Shown one piece after another: positions 1 through 9,000 of a stretch of 64,000 nucleotides of DNA. The stretch comes from Anaerolineales bacterium (GTDB lineage: Bacteria > Chloroflexota > Anaerolineae > Anaerolineales > UBA11579): assembly GCA_035446285.1 (NCBI GenBank), contig DAOMSJ010000003.1, positions 70,713 through 134,712 on the forward strand. Direction: 5' to 3'. The first letter of the stretch is position 1; every line of letters starts with the position of its first letter. A model generated the notes under the pieces. It saw only the letters and a list, made by a program, of their open reading frames with translations, made no database searches and was not told where the DNA came from. The position numbers and the translations under genes were made by a program.

Positions 1-525
1 GTGCTGGCCGGTGTGGCGAGCTATGGCTTGATGGTCTTCATCATGACGGCCACGCCGCTGCACATGCACGGGCACGGTTTCAGCCTGGACGATACAGCCT
101 TCGTCATCCAGAGCCACATCATCGCCATGTACCTACCCTCACTGTTTAGTGGCTTCCTCATTGAAAAGTTTGGCTCGCTGCGTATCATGCTGGCTGGCGT
201 GCTGCTACTGCTGTTCTGTACTGTGACTGGTCTGCTCAGTGTGGAGTTGCCCGGCTATTGGACGGCGTTGGTGCTGCTCGGTCTCGGTTGGAATCTGCTC
301 TTTGTAGGTGGCACCGTGCTGCTCACTTCGACCTACCGCCCGGCTGAGCGTTTCAAGACGCAGGCCAGCAACGATTTCACTATCTTTGCGGTACAAGCCT
401 TGTCTTCGTTCTCAGCGGGCTCACTGTTGCACGGCGCAGGCTGGGATGTGATGAACTGGCTGGGTCTCGGCATTATGCTGGTGACGGGCATGACGCTACT
501 GGCGCGTCGTAAGGCAATTGTGTAG
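1..525 (+). CDS. MFS-type transporter, C-terminal part (5' end outside window)
   Basis: Frame is open from the window edge. Successive hydrophobic helices (SLRIMLAGVLLLLFCTVTGLL, WTALVLLGLGWNLLFVGG, FTIFAVQALSSFSAGSLL) are typical of the second half of a 12-TM major-facilitator permease. Confidence 0.6.
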   Translation: MLAGVASYGLMVFIMTATPLHMHGHGFSLDDTAFVIQSHIIAMYLPSLFSGFLIEKFGSLRIMLAGVLLLLFCTVTGLLSVELPGYWTALVLLGLGWNLLFVGGTVLLTSTYRPAERFKTQASNDFTIFAVQALSSFSAGSLLHGAGWDVMNWLGLGIMLVTGMTLLARRKAIV

Positions 526-562
526 CGTGCTCAGCCCAGCCCCTGTAGGAGAGCTCGCTGCA

Positions 563-1066
563 TTAGCGATACTCGTCCTTGTCCCAGTTCCGGGGATTTT
601 CAAAGATGTAGTTGTATACCGCGGCGTACTCAGTCTCGCTACGGACTATACGCTCATAGTAGTTACGTTGCCAGAAACGTGCTCCTGGCGTTGCCTGCAA
701 CTCATTTATATATTTAGTTGTGGCGTATTTAAATCTTCCAACAACCTGACCCAGCGTCAAGCGCTTTCGTAGGGGCGGGGTTACCCCGCCCCTACCAGGC
801 TCGTGTTCAGGTTCAACAAAATTGAGCAACAAATGTAAGTGATTTGGCATTATGCAAACCGCACCAATTTCTAAATGCTTACCGCTCATTGGAATGCTCG
901 CAATCGCATCCTCAACAATATGACCTGCAGGACTTAAAACCATCTGTTGGTCCTCTATCTGACCCAACAGCCACGCGCGCTGTTGAACGCAAATGGTTAC
1001 AAAGTACACACCCGGTTGGCTGTAATCATAGTCTTGCAGCCTTATGGATCTTCGCCCCCTCGCCAT
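563..1066 (-). CDS. REP-associated tyrosine transposase (RAYT) / IS200-like Y1 HUH transposase family protein
   Basis: 167 aa. HUH motif in MPNHLHLLL and a C-terminal catalytic-Tyr region WQRNYYERIVRSETEYAAVYNYIFENP. No tnpB partner or IS ends nearby. Starts 3 nt after the stop of the upstream dehydrogenase gene. Confidence 0.7.
   Translation of the reverse strand: MARGRRSIRLQDYDYSQPGVYFVTICVQQRAWLLGQIEDQQMVLSPAGHIVEDAIASIPMSGKHLEIGAVCIMPNHLHLLLNFVEPEHEPGRGGVTPPLRKRLTLGQVVGRFKYATTKYINELQATPGARFWQRNYYERIVRSETEYAAVYNYIFENPRNWDKDEYR
769..795. repeat. 27-nt GC-rich palindrome (13-bp arms) inside the RAYT coding sequence
   Basis: gtaggggcggggt-t-accccgcccctac read directly. It encodes GRGGVTPPL between the HUH motif and the Tyr region. 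Confidence 0.9.
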
Positions 1067-1069
1067 GGA

Positions 1070-2590
1070 TTATCCTCGCGCCCAGCGCCTCAGCAGCACC
1101 GAGGCACGATAGCGCTCCTCGTGGTACTCAGCATACAGATGATCGAGCACGGCTAGCACCGTTGGCCAACCAAGCTGGCCGCCCCACTCCACCAAGCCGC
1201 GCGGATAGTTCACGCCCAGCTTCATGGCCAGATCGATCGTCTCGGCATCCCCCACACCTTCAAGCACGGCGAAGCTGGCTTCGTTGATCAGCTGGCACAC
1301 GATACGCGGCAGCACCAGCGCCGGGCTCTCGTTGACCCAGGCCGCCTGGCGGCCAAGGCCGGCCAGCACCGCATCCACATGCGGGCGCATGGCCTCGTCC
1401 CCGCTCACGGTGACCAGGCTGCGATCCAGGAACAAGCCATCGAACACAAACACGCGCTGCGGGTGCTTGGCCCAGCGGCGTGCTTCGCTCAGCGTGATGT
1501 CGGCGCCCTGCACCAGCAACGGGATGCTCGCATCCAGTGCGGCATCCCAGCCCTTGACGATGGCCGCGGCACCCTCGACCTGGCTGGCGGCTACAAAGGC
1601 GGCCACCGGCGCGTCACCCAGCTCATGGCTGAGGACATAACCACCCGTTACCGCCAACCCGGCCAGGCCGGGCGCAAAGCTGCCGGATGAGATCAGCACG
1701 TTGCCATCGCCTTGTACTACGGAAGGTTGCTTGGGCTCAGGAGCCACGTCCGAGTCCGCATAGGTGTAAAAACCCTTGCCGGTCTTGCGCCCCAGCTCAC
1801 CTGCGGCCAGCTTCTGCATCTGGATCCAGTGCGGGCGGTAGCGCGGCTCGCCATAGGTCTGCTCATACATCGAGCGCATCGCCCCGGCGTTGATGTCAAT
1901 GCCGATGAGGTCCATCAGGCGGAACGGCCCCATGCGGAAGCCAGCTCCCTGCTCTACTAAACGGTCAATTGTTTCGAAGGAAGCCACACCCTCGCCCAGC
2001 AAGCGCAGCGCTTCGCCGTAAAACGGCCGCGCTACGCGGTTGACGATGAAGCCGGGTGTGTCACCCGTGACCACCGGCGTCTTGCCCAGCGCTTCGGCCA
2101 GCGCCACCAGCGCGTCGATCGTGGCCTGGCTGCTCTGGGCGGCGCGCACAACCTCCACCAGAGGCAGTACCGGAGCGGGATTGAAGAAGTGCATGCCGGC
2201 GACGCGTTGCGGGCTCTTAGTCATGGCGGCAATCGCGGTGACGGAGAGTGTGCTGGTGTTGGTGGCCAGGATCGCATCTGGCGCACACACCGCCTCCAGC
2301 TTGGCGAAGAGCTCCTGCTTGAGCTCAAGACGCTCCGGCGCGGCCTCGATCACTACGCCGGCACGCGCAAAGGCATCCAACGTATCGGTGAGCGTTAGGT
2401 TGGCGTACAGAGCCGACTTGTCCTTCTTCTCCAGAAACTTCCTGATGTACCCATCCGCCTTTTCAAGCACAGGCGCATAGGTGTCTTGCAAGATGACGAC
2501 TGCACCCGCCAAAACAGCGGCCAGCGCAATGCCAGAGCCCATCGTGCCTGCGCCGATGATGCCGATGGTGGGAAGTGTGCTTGCCTTCAT
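1070..2590 (-). CDS. 3-hydroxyacyl-CoA (3-hydroxybutyryl-CoA) dehydrogenase, long form with extra C-terminal domain
   Basis: Rossmann motif IGIIGAGTMGSGIA, signature ATNTSTLSVT and HFFNPAPVLPLVEVV. A second 3HCDH_C-like segment lies near the C-terminus (RIVCQLINEA...GVNYPRGL). Confidence 0.85.
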   Translation of the reverse strand: MKASTLPTIGIIGAGTMGSGIALAAVLAGAVVILQDTYAPVLEKADGYIRKFLEKKDKSALYANLTLTDTLDAFARAGVVIEAAPERLELKQELFAKLEAVCAPDAILATNTSTLSVTAIAAMTKSPQRVAGMHFFNPAPVLPLVEVVRAAQSSQATIDALVALAEALGKTPVVTGDTPGFIVNRVARPFYGEALRLLGEGVASFETIDRLVEQGAGFRMGPFRLMDLIGIDINAGAMRSMYEQTYGEPRYRPHWIQMQKLAAGELGRKTGKGFYTYADSDVAPEPKQPSVVQGDGNVLISSGSFAPGLAGLAVTGGYVLSHELGDAPVAAFVAASQVEGAAAIVKGWDAALDASIPLLVQGADITLSEARRWAKHPQRVFVFDGLFLDRSLVTVSGDEAMRPHVDAVLAGLGRQAAWVNESPALVLPRIVCQLINEASFAVLEGVGDAETIDLAMKLGVNYPRGLVEWGGQLGWPTVLAVLDHLYAEYHEERYRASVLLRRWARG

Positions 2591-2595
2591 AGTTA

Positions 2596-2644
2596 AATCT
2601 CCAATCTCGAATCTCCGTTAAACGGAGATTCGAGATTGGAGATT
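2596..2644. repeat. Perfect 49-nt palindrome built from 3+3 inverted heptamers (AATCTCN / NGAGATT)
   Basis: aatctccaatctcgaatctccgtt-a-aacggagattcgagattggagatt. It lies between the enoyl-CoA hydratase stop (2643-2645) and the dehydrogenase start (2590). Confidence 0.9.
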
Positions 2645-3416
2645 ATTTTCCTTTGAACTCCGCCTTCCGCTTCTCCAAAAATGCAGCCATGCCTTCTTTT
2701 TGGTCCTGCGTGTCGTAGGTCATCAGGTAATTGCGGCGTTCGAGCTCCATGCCTTCCAGCAAGGTGCGTTCGTGGCCGTAGCGCAGCGCTTGGCGCGCCA
2801 GGCGTACGGCCACGGCTGGCCGCTCGGCTACCACGGCGGCCAACTCCAAGGCCTCGGCCAGCACGCGCTCATCCGGCACTACACGGTTAAGCAGGCCTGC
2901 TTGCAACGCGGCCTGAGCCGAGAGCGGCTCCCCGGTCAGCACCATCTCCATCGCACGCGCCGGGCCAATGGCACGCGCCAAGCGCTGCGTGCCGCCCGCG
3001 CCGGGCATGATGCCCAGCTTGATCTCCGGCTGGGCAAAGCGCGCCGTCTCGCCAGCCACAATGAGATCGCAGCCCAGCGCCAGCTCGCAGCCGCCGCCAA
3101 AGGCCACGCCGCGTACGGCGGCGATGACGGGCTTGTCGATAGCCCAGATGCGCTGCCACAGGGCGCGCGTGTTGCGCAGATAGATATCCACCGGGCCGGC
3201 TTTGGCCATCGCCTCAATATCGGCGCCAGCGGCAAAGGCACGCTCGCCACCGTAGAGCACGATCACACGCACCTGCTCATCAGCGTTCAGTATTTCCAGT
3301 GTCTCCGCCAGGGCGCGCAGCATCTCCGGGCTGAGCACGTTGAGCTTCTCAGGCCGGTTAAGGCGCACGGTGGCTATGTACGATTCGATTTGAGTAAGAA
3401 CCAGGGCATCGCTCAT
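2643..3416 (-). CDS. Enoyl-CoA hydratase (crotonase family)
   Basis: Crotonase motifs FAAGADIEAM and IAAVRGVAFGGGCELALGCDLIVA. Start set at MSDALVL (the ORF-track start at 3449 adds 11 aa with no support). Confidence 0.85.
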   Translation of the reverse strand: MSDALVLTQIESYIATVRLNRPEKLNVLSPEMLRALAETLEILNADEQVRVIVLYGGERAFAAGADIEAMAKAGPVDIYLRNTRALWQRIWAIDKPVIAAVRGVAFGGGCELALGCDLIVAGETARFAQPEIKLGIMPGAGGTQRLARAIGPARAMEMVLTGEPLSAQAALQAGLLNRVVPDERVLAEALELAAVVAERPAVAVRLARQALRYGHERTLLEGMELERRNYLMTYDTQDQKEGMAAFLEKRKAEFKGK

Positions 3417-3488
3417 ACCCTTAGTATACGGGCATTGTTTGCCGAGCAATCTTCACCAAATTATGGCTTTACCCATTAACATTCAGCC

Positions 3489-4685
3489 ATGGCTGAAGAA
3501 CGTCTGCAAAAAATACTGGCTCGTGCGGGCTATGGCTCGCGACGCACTGCGGAAGAGATGATCGAAGCAGGGCGCGTGACCGTGAATGGCGCCACCGCCC
3601 ACATTGGCGATAAAGCCGATGCGTCACGGGATGCCATCAAGGTAGACGGCTCACGCATTTCTGCCGCGGCCAGGCCGGTGTATTACGCAGTCTACAAGCC
3701 ACGCGGTGTGCTCTCGACCACCGGCGGCCCTGAGCCGCGCCAAAAGGTGGTTGACCTCATCCCGGGTGGCGAGCAACTGCACCTGGTGGGCCGCCTGGAC
3801 AAAGAGAGCGAAGGGTTGATGATCCTCACCAATGACGGTGAGCTCACCCAACGTGTCAGCCATCCGCGTTTCGAGCAAGAGAAGGAATACCGCGTGCTGG
3901 TGGCGCGCCAACCAGACGCTGAGCAACTGGCCACCTGGCGCCGCGGCGTCGTGCTGGAAGATGGCACACGCACCCGCCCTGCCGAAGTGCGCATTGAGCA
4001 TAACTACGGCAAAGGCGCCTGGCTGCGTGTGATCATGCATGAGGGGCACAAGCGCCAGATCCGTGAGATTGCCGGCCAACTGGGCCTGCCAGTCGTGAAA
4101 CTGATTCGCGTACGTATCGGCAATCTGTACCTGGGCAGCCTGAAGACCGGTGAGTGGCGTGCCTTGAATGAAAATGAAGTGCGCGATCTGATGGCGGGCG
4201 AAAAGCCAGATACGCGCAAACCGCGCCCCGCCGCCAAGAGTGATGAGGCGCCGCGCAAAACCAGCGCGCCGCGCCGCAAACAGGGCAAAGGCCCCGGCAG
4301 CCGCAAGCCAGCCGTGCGCAAACCCGGCATCGCCCTCGGGCGGCCGCGCCGCGAGAGTGCTGCGGGTGAGGACAGAGGCAATGACACGCCAAGCCGCCGT
4401 CCGTCTGGCCGGCCGAGCTCACGGCCTTCGGGTGGCAAGCCCAGCTCACGCCCGTCTGGCAAACCAAGTTCGCGGCCTTCTGGTGGCAAGCCAAACAGCA
4501 GGCCCTCAAGCAAGCCAAGCTCGAGGCCTTCCGGTGGCAAGCCGAGCACCAGACCTTCAAGCAAGCCGAGCTCGCGCCCATCAGGCAGACCCAGTTCGCG
4601 GCCTGCCGGTAAGCCGAGCTCGCGGCCCGCTGGTAGACCGGCGCGTTCTTCCAGCAAGCCTAGCGGCAATCGCCGCCCACGCTAG
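3489..4685 (+). CDS. rluB: 23S rRNA pseudouridine synthase, RluB/RsuA family, with long basic Pro/Ser/Arg repeat tail
   Basis: N-terminal S4 domain (ERLQKILARAGYGSRRTAEEMIEAGRVTVNG), catalytic GRLDKESEGL motif, and a low-complexity tail of about 150 aa. Confidence 0.8.
   Translation: MAEERLQKILARAGYGSRRTAEEMIEAGRVTVNGATAHIGDKADASRDAIKVDGSRISAAARPVYYAVYKPRGVLSTTGGPEPRQKVVDLIPGGEQLHLVGRLDKESEGLMILTNDGELTQRVSHPRFEQEKEYRVLVARQPDAEQLATWRRGVVLEDGTRTRPAEVRIEHNYGKGAWLRVIMHEGHKRQIREIAGQLGLPVVKLIRVRIGNLYLGSLKTGEWRALNENEVRDLMAGEKPDTRKPRPAAKSDEAPRKTSAPRRKQGKGPGSRKPAVRKPGIALGRPRRESAAGEDRGNDTPSRRPSGRPSSRPSGGKPSSRPSGKPSSRPSGGKPNSRPSSKPSSRPSGGKPSTRPSSKPSSRPSGRPSSRPAGKPSSRPAGRPARSSSKPSGNRRPR
4393..4660 (+). 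repeat. In-frame tandem repeat (about 24-27 nt units, about 10 copies) encoding PSSRPSG(G)K
   Basis: Reiterated ccNagctcNcgNccNtcNgg(tgg)caag units and the peptide ...PSSRPSGGKPSSRPSGKPSSRPSGGKPNSRPSSK... Confidence 0.8.
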
Positions 4686-4729
4686 CAAGAACATTCGTGC
4701 TATACTGCGGCAAACGTTTTAGAGGCCGC

Positions 4730-5971
4730 ATGCGCAATCGTCTGTCACAACGTTTTGGCAGCTTTACCCGTGAGTTTCCGCGTGCCTTCTGGCCCGTGGT
4801 GGCCGTCTCGTTCATAGACGGCATCGGGCGCACGCTGCTCTTCCCCTTCTTTGCCCTCTATGTAACGCAACGCTTCAACGTTGGCGCAACCCAGGCTGGC
4901 CTGGTGACGGGCATGTTCTCAGTCTCTGGCCTTGTGGGCTCGATGGTGGGCGGTGCGCTCACTGACCGCATCGGGCGCAAGAAGCTCATCATTATTGGCT
5001 TGGTGTGCAGTGCGCTCACTACGCTTGGTCTGGGGTTGGTCAACGAGATGCGCTGGCTCTACGTAGTAGCGCTGATCAGCGGCCTGTTCGGTGAGCTGGC
5101 CGGGCCAGCCCACCAAGCCATGATCGCTGACATTCTGCCGGAGAAGCAGCGACAGGAGGGCTTCGGCATTCTGCGCGTCGTAAATAACCTGACCTGGATC
5201 GTGGGGCCAAGTATTGGCGGCCTGCTGGCGGGTTGGTCTTTCTTCTATCTATTCATCTCCGATGCCATCATTAGCTGCATAGTGGCCGTGCTGTTCTTCT
5301 TCTATATTGCTGAGAGCAAGCCCAAGCCAAGTGAAGACCAGCAGCCCGAGAGCTTTGCCAAGACCTTTGCTGGCTACGGTACTGTATTGAAAGACCTGCC
5401 CTTCCTGGCCTTCATCCTCACCTCTATTCTGCTGGGCATGGTCTACATTCAAATGTACGGGACGCTCTCCATCTTCTTGCGAGACCAGCACAACATTGAC
5501 CCGCAAGGCTTTGGCCTGCTGATGAGCACCAGCGGTATCACCGTGATCCTGTTTCAGCTGTGGGTCTCACGCATTATCAAGTGGCGGCCGCCCTTCCTGA
5601 TGATGACCCTGGGTGCCATTTTCTACGTCATTGGCTTCAGCCTCTTCGGGCTGGTGGCGGCCTATTGGCTGTTCGTTGGGGCCATCATCGTCATCACGAT
5701 TGGCGAGATGGTCATCCTGCCCACCGCCTCGGCACTGGCGGCCAACTTTGCGCCGGAGTCAATGCGCGGCCGCTACATGGCCGCCTTCAGCCTGGTGTGG
5801 GCGCTGCCAGCGGCGCTCGGCCCGGCCGCGGCAGGCTTTGTGCTCGACAATTACGATCCGAGTTTATTGTGGCTGGGCGGCGGTGCGCTGTGCGCAATTG
5901 CTGCCGCGTTTTACTATTACCTGCACCTGCGGCTTGGCCAACACAAAAAGTTTGCCGCATCCGCAGAATAA
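4730..5971 (+). CDS. MFS transporter
   Basis: 12 predicted TM helices and the MFS loop motif GALTDRIGRKK. Start chosen at ATG 4730 (agagg upstream) rather than 4697. Confidence 0.75.
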   Translation: MRNRLSQRFGSFTREFPRAFWPVVAVSFIDGIGRTLLFPFFALYVTQRFNVGATQAGLVTGMFSVSGLVGSMVGGALTDRIGRKKLIIIGLVCSALTTLGLGLVNEMRWLYVVALISGLFGELAGPAHQAMIADILPEKQRQEGFGILRVVNNLTWIVGPSIGGLLAGWSFFYLFISDAIISCIVAVLFFFYIAESKPKPSEDQQPESFAKTFAGYGTVLKDLPFLAFILTSILLGMVYIQMYGTLSIFLRDQHNIDPQGFGLLMSTSGITVILFQLWVSRIIKWRPPFLMMTLGAIFYVIGFSLFGLVAAYWLFVGAIIVITIGEMVILPTASALAANFAPESMRGRYMAAFSLVWALPAALGPAAAGFVLDNYDPSLLWLGGGALCAIAAAFYYYLHLRLGQHKKFAASAE

Positions 5972-6050
5972 ACGGCTTCTCACGGCAGGCTTATTGCCGA
6001 ATGTTGCGCCTGCCCGTACAATTGAGCTTTGACCTCCCCAGAGTAAACCT

Positions 6051-9000
6051 ATGGCCAAAGACCCCTCCCCTTCGCACACTAGCTGGTTGGATCGCCCCCT
6101 GCTGGGCGGTAAGAAATTCACTTGGGAGCACGCGGTGCTGGTGCTCATCCTGCTGGCCGCCGTGGTCACGCGCTTTCACATGCTCGGCGAGCGTGTGATG
6201 AGCCATGACGAAACGACCCATGTCTACTTCTCCTGGCAGTTGTTCAAAGGCAACGGCTACCAGCACGACCCGCTGAGCCACGGCCCGATCCAGTTCCACA
6301 TGTTAGCGCTGAGCTACTTCCTGTTTGGCGATAATGATTTCACGGCGCGTGCGCCGCAAGCGTTGTTCGGCGTAGCGACTGTGTTCTTCGTGTGGTGGGC
6401 CTTCCGCCGTTACCTGGGGCGCAACGCCGCCATACTGGCGTCACTGTTCTTTCTTATATCGCCCTATACGATGTACTACAGCCGCTACGCGCGCAACGAG
6501 ATCTTCGTCGCCCTGTTTGGCTTGGTGATGCTGTGGGGCATACTGCGCTATCTGGATACAGGCAAGAATAAATTTATCTACATCACAGTTGCAGCCATCT
6601 CACTGCACTTCACCTCTAAAGAGACCTCCTTCATTTATCTTGCCCAGGCACTGATTTTCCTCGGCCTGGTCTTCCTTTGGCGCATCGCTGCACGCAAATG
6701 GAAGACGGAGGGCGCGCGGCGCGTGTTCTTCGTCACGCTGGTGCTCAGCGTTGCACTGCTGTTCCTGGCGATTGGCGCACAAGCGCAGGCCAGCGAGCAA
6801 GACAGCACGGCGGCAATCAGTGCCACCCAGGTGGAGGAACCTGTCATCCCCTCCGAAGGCGAAAGCGCTGGCTTTGAGTCACCGCTTTCCGCCACCACAG
6901 TAATTCTGGGCGGCCTGGGCGCGCTATCGCTGGTCGCCGCGCTGGTGGCGCTATTCACAGGCTACGGTTTGCCGCGCCTGCGCCAGGAACGCGCCTTCAC
7001 CCTGATGGCCATTCTGTTTGCTCTTGTGCTGCCGCATCTTTCAGCCTTCCCGATACGCTGGTTGCACCACGACCCGATGGCCTACCGCGATACCAGCAAT
7101 CTCATCTTCATCAGCGGCGTCGTTGTAGTGCTGGCAATCATCTCTGGTGTGATGGGTGCGTTGGTCAACTGGCGCGCCTGGTGGGTCAGCACGGCGGTGT
7201 TTTACGCCATCTTTGTGCCCTTCTACACCACCATCTTCAGCAATGGGCTGGGCTTCTTCTCTGGCCTGGTGGGTTCGCTGGGCTACTGGCTGGCGCAGCA
7301 GGCCGTCGAGCGCGGCAACCAGCCCACCTACTACTACTGGGGCGTACAGATTCCTGCCTACGAATTCCTTGCCGCGGCAGGCAGCCTGCTAGCCGGCATC
7401 CTTGGCCTGCGCAGCCTGAAGCGGCTGCAGCACACACAGCCCGACCCGGACAGCGAGGGCCGCGACCTGCTCCCGCACGAGAGCTATCGCATGGCGCTGG
7501 TGCTTTTTGCTTTCTGGGCGGTGACGGCGCTCATCGCCTACACCGTGGCGGGCGAGCGCATGCCCTGGCTCACCCTGCACATTGCCATCCCCATGCTGCT
7601 GCTGGCGGCATGGGCGGTGTCACGCCTGATTGCGCGCATCCCGTGGGCAAGTTTTGCTCAGAACCACGGCTGGATGCTGCTTGGCTCAGTGCTGCTGTGC
7701 CTGGTGGCTAGCTTCAACCTGCTCGGCTCGCTGCTGGGTGCTGCACCGCCCTTCCAAGGCAATGAACAAGCCCAGTTGCAGGCTACTTATCACTTCTTGT
7801 TCTTTGTCATCACCTTTGCGCTTGGCGCCTACGGGGTGATGCACTATGCCTTAGTGGGCGAGTGGCGGCGTGACCAGATCGCGCGTGTGGCTACGCTGCT
7901 GGTGTTTGCCGCGCTGGCCCTGACCACGTTCCGCATTGCCTTGCGCGCCAACTTCCGCAACTACGATCTGGCCACGGAGTATCTGGTCTACGCCCATATG
8001 GCGCCGGGGCCAAAAATTGCCATCAACCAGATCGAAGAGATCTCGCGCCGCCTCACCGATACGCTTGATCTCAAAGTAGCGTACGACAACGAGACTTCCT
8101 ACCCCTTCTGGTGGTATCTACGCAACTATCCCAACCAGCGCTACTACGCAGACCAACCCAGCCGCGATCTGCGTGATTTCCCGGTCATCATCGTGGGTGA
8201 CAGTAACTACGGCAAGATCGAACCCGTGGTGGGCCAGAGCTTCTACATGTTCGAGTACATGCGCATCTGGTGGCCCAACCAAGACTACTTTGACTTCAGC
8301 CCCAGCAGTATTGGCTATGGTTACACCGCTGAGACCGGGCAGCCCGCCACCCAGATGGGCACCGGCGACTACCTGCGCCGCGTAGTGCAAAAACTGTGGA
8401 GCTACATCGGTGACGCTACGACGCGTGATGCGCTGTGGCAGATCTGGATCAATAGTGACTTCACCGATTACCTTACCAACAAGGGCCAGAACGCCAGCCT
8501 CGAAGCCTGGTCACCTGGGCGCACCATGCGCATTTACATCCGCAAGGATGTGGCCGCACAGATCTGGGATTACGGCGTGCAGGGTGTAACGCCCGAAGAC
8601 GTGCTGGCCGACCCTTACGAGGGCAAAGGCCGCGAGCTGCCGCCGCAGTTCACCATCGGCGGCTTTGGCAGCGAGCCCGGTCAGTTCATCTCGCCGCGCA
8701 ACGCCGCCGCAGCGCCAGACGGCACGCTCTATGTTGCCGACACCGGCAACCATCGCATTCAACACCTGGCGCCGGATGGCAGCGTGCTGCACATGTGGGG
8801 CAGCTTTGCTGACCTGGCGGCGGGTGAAGCCGAGGGCGGCACATTCAACGAGCCGTGGTCAATCGCTGTTTCGCCCGATGGCGAGTATGTGTATGTGGCC
8901 GACACCTGGAATCACCGCGTGCAACAGTTCACCTCAAGCGGCGCCTTTGTCCGCATGTGGGGCTACTTCGGGCAGGATGAGAGCAGCGGCGCACTGTGGG

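Noticed and set aside
4004-4669. 221-aa minus-strand ORF with repetitive LGLP/EGRELG units
   Set aside because: It is the mirror image of the in-frame PSSRPSGGK repeat of rluB. The plus-strand frame is continuous with a bona fide catalytic domain.
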